Shown: in pieces, positions 9,381-16,743 of the stretch
Layout: each line of letters begins with the position of its first letter
How positions within the stretch are numbered: the stretch's first letter is position 1
Assembly: GCA_964195235.1 (NCBI GenBank)
Contig: CAXMOW010000001.1
Span: forward strand, 20,726 to 84,725
Length of the DNA stretch: 64,000 bases
DNA from: an uncultured Acidimicrobiia bacterium
GTDB taxonomy: Bacteria; Actinomycetota; Acidimicrobiia; Spongiisociales; ZC4RG35
Direction: 5' to 3'
Notes under the pieces: model-generated
What the model was told of the DNA's origin: nothing
Seen by the model: the letters and a program-made list of their open reading frames with translations, nothing else
Databases searched by the model: none
Made by a program: the position numbers and the translations under genes

Positions 9381-10297
9381 TGGCTGTTGAGACCATGGGT
9401 GCTCTTCTCACCGCCGCGGCCGTTGGCGGTTTGGTGAAGCTTGTGTTGCCTCTTCCTCGACGATTGCACAGTCGACTCCAGCCCTACTTGTCACCCACAT
9501 CCACCTCGGTTGGCTCTTTTTCGACCTCGACCGCCGTCGGTGTGATTTTCGGACCGATCTTCTCCGACATGGCTGACAGGCTCGCTCGGTTGATCGATCG
9601 AGGAGGTGATGAGATCACGCTGCTCAAGATCCGACAGGCCGGCTGGTTTCGCGGGCTGGTCGAGCGTGACATGTCCAGCGCGTATCGCATGAGGCAGCTC
9701 AAATCTGTCCTGGTGTCAACGGTTTTGGCGATGGCAATCGGCCAGGCCATGGGAACCAGTCTCGGTGTTCGGCTGCTGCTCATTGGTCTCGGGTTGTTTG
9801 TGGGGGCGACCCGCACCAAAGGTCAACTGAACAAGGCGATCGAGGCCCGGCGTGAGCTCATGAAGATCGAGATCTATACGGTGAACCAACTCCTCGCAAT
9901 GCGGGTTCGGGCCGGAGGAGGAGTGTTCCAAGCTGTGAGATCGACTACTCAAAGGGGCCGGGGAGAGGTTGTGGCTGAGCTTGATGAGGCTCTGAGACTC
10001 CATCGAGCCGGGTGGGCCGGTCCCGACGCTTTCAGACGGATAGCTGAACTCACCCCGGAGCCTTTCTGTTCGCGCACCTATCGGCTGCTGGCGACAGCAG
10101 AGGAACGTGGGGCCGATCTGGCATCGGCGCTGTTGGCCCTGTCCGAAGATGTCCGCGAGACACGCCGGGAGTCGATCAAGCGCACCGCAACCAAACGTCG
10201 TGCGGCGATGCTGGTACCGACGATCGCGATTCTCGCACCGGTCCTGATTCTTTTCGTTGCGGCACCGCTGCCGTACCTAATAACAGCCTGGCAATGA
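9377..10297 (+). CDS. tadC: TadC-like type II secretion system F-family membrane protein
   Basis: 306 aa. Its ATG overlaps the tadB stop (ATGA). It has an N-terminal TM, a central soluble domain and C-terminal TM helices. Confidence 0.85.
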   Translation: MMAVETMGALLTAAAVGGLVKLVLPLPRRLHSRLQPYLSPTSTSVGSFSTSTAVGVIFGPIFSDMADRLARLIDRGGDEITLLKIRQAGWFRGLVERDMSSAYRMRQLKSVLVSTVLAMAIGQAMGTSLGVRLLLIGLGLFVGATRTKGQLNKAIEARRELMKIEIYTVNQLLAMRVRAGGGVFQAVRSTTQRGRGEVVAELDEALRLHRAGWAGPDAFRRIAELTPEPFCSRTYRLLATAEERGADLASALLALSEDVRETRRESIKRTATKRRAAMLVPTIAILAPVLILFVAAPLPYLITAWQ

Positions 10298-10307
10298 GGA
10301 GGTAATC

Positions 10308-10490
10308 ATGATGCCGGCAATCCGCGCATGGGCCCAGGCCCTGCGCACCGACGAGCGAGGCCTGAACACGGCGGAGCTCATGGGAAACGCTGCGTTGGCA
10401 ATAGCTGCACTAGTGGTCATCTGGGGAGCGCTTCAGGCTCTTGGGATGGACATCGTTTCGTGGATGCGGACTTCGCTGCTCGGAGGCTGA
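10308..10490 (+). CDS. flp: Flp-type pilin precursor
   Basis: 60 aa with a strong GAGGAGG SD. It has a leader followed by G/LNTAEL and then a hydrophobic helix (AALAIAALVVIWGALQALG). This resembles the Flp G/XXXXEY processing motif with L in place of Y. Confidence 0.75.
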   Translation: MMPAIRAWAQALRTDERGLNTAELMGNAALAIAALVVIWGALQALGMDIVSWMRTSLLGG

Positions 10491-10501
10491 GTGACCTGGG
10501 G

Positions 10502-10852
10502 ATGAGTTCAGTCCAGTTCTTGCTGGCGTCTGCTCTTGCCCTCGTCATGTTCGTGACGTTTGCCAATGTTGTTGCCGTCCAATACGGCCGGGGGGCGATA
10601 CGTTCGGGTCTCGAGCAGGGGGCTCGAGCGGGTGCGATCTCAAGCTCTCCGGCGCAGTGTGAGTTAGTGGCCGGAGACGTGATCAGTCAGCTGCTCGGCG
10701 GCCGAATGGCTGACACTCTCGTCGTTCAATGTGAGAGTTCGGGGTCGATGATGATTGCCCGCGGAGCCGTGGTGTTTGAATCGTGGAGTCCCCTGACCCC
10801 CGACTTTCTCCTCGACCTAGAGGCCGAGGCAGTCATCGAATCGGGACCGTGA
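10502..10852 (+). CDS. tadE: TadE-like pseudopilin/pilus assembly protein
   Basis: This is the inner ATG of ORF 10328..10852 (MSSVQFLLASALALVMFVTFANVVAV...). It is small, has an N-terminal hydrophobic helix, and sits directly after flp. Confidence 0.65.
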   Translation: MSSVQFLLASALALVMFVTFANVVAVQYGRGAIRSGLEQGARAGAISSSPAQCELVAGDVISQLLGGRMADTLVVQCESSGSMMIARGAVVFESWSPLTPDFLLDLEAEAVIESGP

Positions 10853-11277
10853 GGGATCACGGCCATGCCGCTGTCGAATTTGCAATGGCGGTTGCCGTCC
10901 TGATGTTGCCGGTGGCTTTGGTGGTGACCGCATTTGGCCCATGGTCGGAACGTAGGGTGTTTGCTGAGGCAGCTGCGGCTGAAGCGGCGCGAGCGGCAGT
11001 TCTCGCGCTAGATGAGGGTCCCGGATCAGAAGTCGTTTCTGGCGCCGCTAGCGGATTCGGTTTGGATCAGTCGCTCGTTCGTCTCGGTTGGTGTGGCATG
11101 GCGCCGGCCGCGCTTCCCGCAGGCGCTGGCAGCTGTTCTATGGTCCGGGGATCCTTTGTTTCTGCGGCGGTTGAGGTGTGGACACCTCTGGTTCTCACTC
11201 CGTGGGGACCTGTCGGTGGTCTCTGGGTGAGCGCGGAGCATGTCGAACCGGTTGACCTGTACCGGAGTCTTCCGTGA
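10849..11277 (+). CDS. TadE-like protein
   Basis: A GTG at 10849 overlaps the previous stop (GTGA). The N-terminus GHAAVEFAMAVAVLMLPVALVV matches the TadE N-terminal AVEFALV.P motif. Confidence 0.7.
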   Translation: MRDHGHAAVEFAMAVAVLMLPVALVVTAFGPWSERRVFAEAAAAEAARAAVLALDEGPGSEVVSGAASGFGLDQSLVRLGWCGMAPAALPAGAGSCSMVRGSFVSAAVEVWTPLVLTPWGPVGGLWVSAEHVEPVDLYRSLP

Positions 11278-11693
11278 GTTCTCGCGAACGAGGCTCGGCA
11301 ACCATCTGGATGCTGGGTCTCTCTCTGCTGCTCTTGTTATTCGGGGGATTGGCTTTGGACTTCTGGCGGGCACTTGCGTTGCAACGTGAGCTTGCGGCCG
11401 TGGCGGACTCTGCGGCGATTGCAGCCGCCTCGGGAATTGATGAAGACATATACCGAGCGGACGGGAATCTGGTCCTCAATTCCAATCGTGCCCGCGATCT
11501 GGCTTTGAGTTCGATTGCATTTCAAAACGTCGTTCTGACGTCGACTGACATTTCGACCAGTGCGGATGGGGCCTCGGTATCGGTGACGATCGAAGGGGCG
11601 GTTGAGTTGGGACTCCTTGGCGTTTTCGTCGACGAGACCGAACCGCTGATCGTCCGGGCGTCCGCTACGGCGGCCCCTCGGCTGGTGCCCTGA
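11274..11693 (+). CDS. tadG: TadG-like / pilus-assembly Tad N-terminal domain protein
   Basis: 139 aa. The N-terminus ERGSATIWMLGLSLLLLLFGGLALD is typical of TadG-family proteins. It is the last gene of locus 1. Confidence 0.65.
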   Translation: MSSRERGSATIWMLGLSLLLLLFGGLALDFWRALALQRELAAVADSAAIAAASGIDEDIYRADGNLVLNSNRARDLALSSIAFQNVVLTSTDISTSADGASVSVTIEGAVELGLLGVFVDETEPLIVRASATAAPRLVP

Positions 11694-11767
11694 CCTGACT
11701 TCTCACTGGCAGGACCCGCCGATTATCCTGGTGGGCACACTCGGTGTCATCGCAAGGTGATACATTT

Positions 11768-11839
11768 TCGGGGGTGGTGTAATTGGTAACACGACAGGTT
11801 CTGGCTCTGTTATTGAGGGTTCAAGTCCTTCCCCCCGAG
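11768..11839 (+). tRNA. tRNA-Gln (anticodon CUG)
   Basis: Hand-folded cloverleaf. Acceptor tcggggg/cccccga with U1:A72; D stem gtgt/acac; anticodon stem acagg/tctgt; loop ttCTGgc; T arm gaggg-ttcaagt-ccttc. No encoded CCA. Confidence 0.85.
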
Positions 11840-11871
11840 CGAATACCTCGCCATTGGCGAGGCGCAGCCTT

Positions 11872-11944
11872 GGTCCCGTCGTCTAGTGGTCTAGGACGCT
11901 GGCCTCTCAAGCCGGAAACGGCGGTTCGAATCCGCTCGGGACTG
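11872..11944 (+). tRNA. tRNA-Glu (anticodon CUC)
   Basis: Hand-folded. Acceptor ggtcccg/cgggact; D arm gtct-agtggtctag-gac; anticodon stem ctggc/gccgg; loop ctCTCaa; T arm ggcgg-ttcgaat-ccgct. Confidence 0.85.
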
Positions 11945-11986
11945 CGATATAAAACCAGGTCAAAGAGGCTTTTTGACCTGGGACAG

Positions 11987-12748
11987 CTACCTCTCAGACC
12001 GTCCTTGCCATGGGTCGGTCAACCCAAACTGGTCGCCGTAGCGGTCGAGCATCGTCATGCAGAACTCGAGCACGTCCTCGATCCGCCGTCCGCTCGGGTG
12101 CGATGTTGACCAGAGCTCGAGGTTCTCGAGACGATTGTCAGTCCTTACGCCATTGATGTGGTGAACCTGCTCGTCGCTGGATAAGGCCCGCCCAAGACTC
12201 TGTGCCATGACGAGTCGATGTTTACTGACCCAAGTTGCGCTTCGCGTTAGGTGACGAAGTTTCGGCGGAACCGGCACGTACCGGTAGCCGTCGTGAGCAA
12301 CTGTGCCTACGCCTCCAACCTTCCGGATCGGCATCTCGGCGAGAGGATCGCCGTGTGTGAGCACACGCTTGTAGTGGGTTGCACAAAATCCCTTGGCCTT
12401 GTGAGGGCGATCACAACCATCTATGGAGCAAGCGGCGCCTGACTCACGCAGCGGAGTTTGCAGGGCCACTGCACTGCGTCGGAGCAGCCGCTGGTAGTGA
12501 CCGTGACAGAGGCCCTTGGCGTCGATCTCCTTATTACAGCCGTCAATCCGGCACTCGCCCCGGCTCCGCAGTGGCCCGGCCGGACCTGGATTCCCAGTTT
12601 TCAACATTCTCCGATAGTGCATTTCGCAGTATCCGCGCGTTATTGCGGTGGCATTGCATCCCTCTAGCCGGCATTTCTTCCCCATGAACACAACGTATCG
12701 GCGGCCGTTGACAGATCTCTTGGATGTGGCCTCGTGGCGATAGGCCAC
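11987..12748 (-). CDS. HNH endonuclease with three N-terminal Cys/His repeats
   Basis: 253 aa. The motif C-x3-GC-x8-G-x-C-x2-HY-x-R occurs three times (CRLEGCNATAITRGYCEMHYRR, CRIDGCNKEIDAKGLCHGHYQR, CSIDGCDRPHKAKGFCATHYKR). The C-terminal HNH core is HHINGVRTDNRLENLELW. The GTG start overlaps the gnd stop by 1 nt. Confidence 0.85.
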   Translation of the reverse strand: MAYRHEATSKRSVNGRRYVVFMGKKCRLEGCNATAITRGYCEMHYRRMLKTGNPGPAGPLRSRGECRIDGCNKEIDAKGLCHGHYQRLLRRSAVALQTPLRESGAACSIDGCDRPHKAKGFCATHYKRVLTHGDPLAEMPIRKVGGVGTVAHDGYRYVPVPPKLRHLTRSATWVSKHRLVMAQSLGRALSSDEQVHHINGVRTDNRLENLELWSTSHPSGRRIEDVLEFCMTMLDRYGDQFGLTDPWQGRSER

Positions 12749-14151
12749 TAGGTCCAGTCGTGATGGAAGAACTCTCCGCGAGCCCTGTCAGTCCTCTCGA
12801 AGGTATGAGCACCGAAGTAGTCACGTTGAGCCTGAATCAGATCGGCGGGCAGACGTCGCGAGCGGTTGCTGTCGAAGTATGAGAGGGCGCTCGAATAAGC
12901 CGGTGCCGGGATTCCCGAGCTCACTGCTCCAGAAACCACGTGACGCCACGATGACTCCGCCGACTTCAGCGCATCAACAAAAAAGGGTGCCTGGGCCAGA
13001 TCTTGTAAATCAGGTTCTTTCCGATAGGCCTTCTTGATGTCCTCGAGGAAGTCGGCGCGGATTATGCAACCAGCCCTCCACAACGAGGCAACGAGCCCGA
13101 GATCCAAGTCCCACCCGTATTCGCGCGATGCAGCGCTCAACAATCTGAAGCCCTGAGCATATGAAACGATCTTTGAGGCGTAGAGAGACGCTTCGATCTC
13201 GTCGATCGAAGTCGCGTCGAGGATGCCAAGTGGCGAGTCGAACACATCGGATGCACGAGCTCGACGATCAGGATCGGAACTAACGATCCTGGCGTAGACA
13301 GCCTCGGCCACCAGGGCGGTCGGTTCAGCCATCTCCATTGAGGAAATCACGGTCCACTTGCCAGTGCCTTTCTGACCCGCGGCGTCGAGAATCTTGTCGA
13401 TGAGGGGCTGGCCGTTCTCCGTGGTGCGCAAGATTTTGGCGGTGATCTCAACCAGGTAGGACTTGAGGTGTCCCTGGTTCCACTCATCAAAAACATCGCC
13501 GATCTCTCGTGGCTCCATTCCCATTCCGCGTCGCATCAAGTCGTAAGCCTCAGCGATTACCTGCATGTCGCCGTATTCGATCCCGTTGTGAACCATCTTC
13601 ACAAAGTGACCCGCACCGCCTTCTCCCAACCATTCGCAGCACGGATCGCCGTCTGGTGCCACTGCGGCGATGTCTTTGAGCATGTTTTCGACAATTGGCC
13701 ACGCCTCCGGGTCCCCTCCTGGCATAAGTGATGGCCCGTAACGGGCCCCTTCTTCGCCACCGGAGATGCCAACTCCGAGATACCGGATCCCTAGTTGTCT
13801 CAGCTCGCCGTACCGACGCTCGGTGTCCGTGTAGAGGGAATTGCCGCCATCGATGATGATGTCACCCTTATCGAGAAGTGGAATTAGATCAGCGATCACG
13901 GCATCGACGGGGCCGCCGGCTTTGACCATGAGTAGGAGAACGCGTGGCGAGGCAAGCTGGTTCACCAGATCCTCGAGTGTGACGGCGGCGACCATGTCCT
14001 TGTCTGCGGGCTCACCTGTCATGAATGCATCGGTTACAGACGTGGTTCGGTTGTACACGGCCACACGATTCTCGGAGTCGGCGAGGTTCAGTGCCAAGTT
14101 GGCGCCCATGACGGCGAGGCCGATCACTCCTATATCTGCAGGCTCAGTCAC
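12748..14151 (-). CDS. gnd: 6-phosphogluconate dehydrogenase (decarboxylating)
   Basis: 467 aa. It has the N-terminal NADP fold IGVIGLAVMGANLALN and a full-length Gnd-like sequence (GHFVKMVHNGIEYGDMQ). Confidence 0.95.
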   Translation of the reverse strand: MTEPADIGVIGLAVMGANLALNLADSENRVAVYNRTTSVTDAFMTGEPADKDMVAAVTLEDLVNQLASPRVLLLMVKAGGPVDAVIADLIPLLDKGDIIIDGGNSLYTDTERRYGELRQLGIRYLGVGISGGEEGARYGPSLMPGGDPEAWPIVENMLKDIAAVAPDGDPCCEWLGEGGAGHFVKMVHNGIEYGDMQVIAEAYDLMRRGMGMEPREIGDVFDEWNQGHLKSYLVEITAKILRTTENGQPLIDKILDAAGQKGTGKWTVISSMEMAEPTALVAEAVYARIVSSDPDRRARASDVFDSPLGILDATSIDEIEASLYASKIVSYAQGFRLLSAASREYGWDLDLGLVASLWRAGCIIRADFLEDIKKAYRKEPDLQDLAQAPFFVDALKSAESSWRHVVSGAVSSGIPAPAYSSALSYFDSNRSRRLPADLIQAQRDYFGAHTFERTDRARGEFFHHDWT

Positions 14152-14189
14152 AGGGCGAGGATAAAGCCAACCGTTACCCTTGCTCCGTT

Positions 14190-14930
14190 TTGAGCGACGT
14201 ACTTCTCGGAATCGATATCGGCGGGACAGGAATGAAGGCCGGATTGGTCGACGTGTCTACTGGCTTGCTTGTTAGCGAACGAGTTCGAATCGACACACCT
14301 AAACCAGCTGTTCCTAAGGCAATGGCTCTTGTCGTGGCCGGCCTCGTAGAGAGATTCGACTACACCGGTCCCCTGGGGATTGGCTTTCCTGCTGTCGTTC
14401 AGGATGGAAGCGTGTCCACGGCCGCCAACATCGATGAGGCTTGGGTCGGTGAGAACGCACGCGACATATTTGCCCGAGCAACTTCTCTCGAAGTAACGAT
14501 TCTCAACGATGCCGACGCGGCCGCCGTGGCCGAGGCCAGGTTCGGCGTCGCGAGAGAGGTGTCAGGTCTGGTCCTGGTGCTGACCTTCGGAACCGGTATC
14601 GGCTCGGGGATGTTGGTCGATGGCCAGCTCGTCTCCAATGTTGAGCTGGGGATGATTGAACTGGAGGGCCATCGGCCGGCAGAAGTATTCTTCTCGGCCA
14701 AAGCCAGACAAGCCGAGAGTCTTACCTGGGAAGAGTGGGGAGGCCGGGCAAATAGGTTCCTCGTCCACGTGAACCGCCTATTTGCTCCTACCTTGATTGT
14801 CGTGGGCGGCGGCGTCGCCAAGAGCTGGGAACAGTTCGCACATTGTCTTGATCCCTCACTGCCCGTTGAGCTCGCCGCAATCGGAACAAACGCTGGCATC
14901 GTCGGGGCGGCCATCTCAGCTATGCGCTGA
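14190..14930 (+). CDS. ppgK: Polyphosphate/ATP glucokinase (ROK family)
   Basis: 246 aa with a TTG start. LGIDIGGTGMKAGLVD is the ATPase phosphate-1 motif. Length and sequence match actinobacterial PpgK. Confidence 0.85.
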   Translation: MSDVLLGIDIGGTGMKAGLVDVSTGLLVSERVRIDTPKPAVPKAMALVVAGLVERFDYTGPLGIGFPAVVQDGSVSTAANIDEAWVGENARDIFARATSLEVTILNDADAAAVAEARFGVAREVSGLVLVLTFGTGIGSGMLVDGQLVSNVELGMIELEGHRPAEVFFSAKARQAESLTWEEWGGRANRFLVHVNRLFAPTLIVVGGGVAKSWEQFAHCLDPSLPVELAAIGTNAGIVGAAISAMR

Positions 14931-16239
14931 CGAACTCTCTGAATTGATCCACCATCTTGGTAGGCACCCTGACGTCAAGAATCGTTCCCAGGTCGTCGTG
15001 TTTCTCCTCGATGACTTCGCCGAATCGGTGGGCGGCAGCGACAACATCACCTCGCTCGTAAGGAACCGTGAGTGACAATGTGACTGTGTTGATGGCCAAC
15101 GCCTCGACTATCGCCATCAAGAGCCCGTCGAAACTCGAGTCCTCTAGCGCCGAAATCAAGACTGATTCTGGATAGAGGTTGGCGATGCGACTGCGTTGTA
15201 TCTCGGAGAAGGTGTCTGCCTTGTTGACGACGAGCAGTTCGGGGATCCGCTCGGCTCCGATCTCCTCGAGCACCTCACGGACTGCTGCGATCTGACCGGT
15301 CGGATCGTCAGCAGCTCCGTCCACGAGATGGAGAAGAAGGTCGGCCTCGGTCGCTTCGGCAAGGGTTGATTGGAACGACTCCACAAGTCCGTGGGGAAGT
15401 CGACGGACAAATCCCACCGTGTCTGATAGAAGGACTTCACGATTGTCGGTCAGGCTCAGACGTCGGACTGTCGGATCGAGAGTGGCGAAGAGTCGGTCCT
15501 CGACGAGAGTTTCGGCACCGGTCAGGGCGTTCAACAATGTCGACTTCCCGGCGTTTGTGTAACCAACAATCGCGATCTGAGGTATCTCGGTGCGCTTCCG
15601 CTGTTTGCGTTGGGTGGTGCGATGGCGTGCGGTGTCTTTGAGTTCGCGTTCCAGCTTGGAAATGCGTTGGAGGATTCGGCGCCGGTCTGTCTCCAACTTG
15701 GTCTCACCGGGACCTCTGGTTCCGATGCCGGCGCCTTGTTGGGAGAGACTCCGCCCTTGGCCTCGCAATCGGGGGAGGTTGTAGCGGAGCAGTGCCAGTT
15801 CGACTTGTAGCGAGCCGACCTTCGATGAGGCATGTTGGGCGAAAATGTCGAGGATCAGGGCCTCTCTGTCGACGACGTCACAGTGAAAGACAGCCTGAAG
15901 ATTGCGTTGTTGGGCGGGCGACAGCGGGTGATCGAATACGACCACGTCGATGTCCAAAGCCGTCGTCAGGCCGGCCAGTTCTTCGGCTTTCCCCGAGCCG
16001 ATGTATGTGGCGGGGTCGATGCGCTCTCGCTTGACCAGGTCCCGGTCGACAGGTTCAGATCCGGCCGTGTCGGTGAGGAGGGCCAGCTCGTCGAGCGACC
16101 TTTCCTCTTCGAGCGTCGTCATGCCGGGGAGGGTTACGCCTACAAGAAACGCTCGCTGTATTGCAACGTCGAGGTCGGTGACAGTTGCGCTTAGGCGGCG
16201 TTGTCTGCGGGACTGGTGTTCTTGAGTCACGATGACCAC
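14920..16239 (-). CDS. hflX: GTPase HflX
   Basis: 439 aa with an HflX N-terminal domain. G1 is GYTNAGKSTLLN, G3 is DTVGF and G4 is NKAD. Confidence 0.95.
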   Translation of the reverse strand: MVIVTQEHQSRRQRRLSATVTDLDVAIQRAFLVGVTLPGMTTLEEERSLDELALLTDTAGSEPVDRDLVKRERIDPATYIGSGKAEELAGLTTALDIDVVVFDHPLSPAQQRNLQAVFHCDVVDREALILDIFAQHASSKVGSLQVELALLRYNLPRLRGQGRSLSQQGAGIGTRGPGETKLETDRRRILQRISKLERELKDTARHRTTQRKQRKRTEIPQIAIVGYTNAGKSTLLNALTGAETLVEDRLFATLDPTVRRLSLTDNREVLLSDTVGFVRRLPHGLVESFQSTLAEATEADLLLHLVDGAADDPTGQIAAVREVLEEIGAERIPELLVVNKADTFSEIQRSRIANLYPESVLISALEDSSFDGLLMAIVEALAINTVTLSLTVPYERGDVVAAAHRFGEVIEEKHDDLGTILDVRVPTKMVDQFREFVSA

Positions 16240-16285
16240 AGATCATCGCTGGGCGTGCCGACATTTGAGGGGTGATTAACCCGGC

Positions 16286-16630
16286 TCAGAGATATTGGCC
16301 TTCATCTCCGACGTGTTCGATCTCTTCCTCCGCGATGATCTGTGATTCCCGGACGGCGATTACGGGTTTGCCGGTGGAGGGCCAGATGAATCGCCAGGCC
16401 CCGGTTGGCACTGCCCAAAATCGTTGCCCTGTTTGCACATCGACGAGTGCGAGGGCGTCGTTGCCGTCTTTGGTGCCCATCGGCACCAGTAATCCGGATC
16501 GCGTGGTGGCTTCCTCGGGTGGTTGTCCAACACGCCAGCCGCCCATGACTTTGTAGCCGTTGTCGTGGAGGATCGGCAGATCGGTATCAAGCATCCCTCT
16601 AATTCTCGCAGGTTGGGTGGGGAAAGCCAC
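16286..16630 (-). CDS. Hypothetical small protein with C-terminal GQYL tail
   Basis: 114 aa. The GTG start is preceded by GAGGA at a 7-nt spacing. The body is beta-rich, followed by an acidic tail EEEIEHVGDEGQYL. I recognised no family. Confidence 0.55.
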   Translation of the reverse strand: MAFPTQPARIRGMLDTDLPILHDNGYKVMGGWRVGQPPEEATTRSGLLVPMGTKDGNDALALVDVQTGQRFWAVPTGAWRFIWPSTGKPVIAVRESQIIAEEEIEHVGDEGQYL

Positions 16631-16643
16631 TCAGCAGTCCTCA

Positions 16644-16690
16644 TTCCTCAGGTGGTACGGCCCGGATACAGTCGGCATCACCCTCAAGCT
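16644..16690 (+). repeat. Copy A of a ~48-bp dispersed intergenic repeat
   Basis: ttcctcaggtggtacggcccggatacagtcggcatcaccctcaagct. About 29/36 identical to copy B over the ungapped core. It lies between the divergent starts of the GQYL-tail gene and maeB. Confidence 0.7.
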
Positions 16691-16743
16691 GCAGCCTTTG
16701 ACGCATTGGTGGGAGAGGTTGGACACCCGATAGGGTCTCGATC

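Noticed and set aside
4646-11944. The idea that Tad locus 1 is a tRNA-integrated genomic island bounded by the excisionase-like gene and tRNA-Gln/tRNA-Glu.
   Set aside because: No integrase is present. I found no copy of either tRNA 3' end near 4.6-4.7 kb. The tRNA 3' ends also point away from the locus. This stays a weak remark inside the locus 1 finding, not a mobile-element call.
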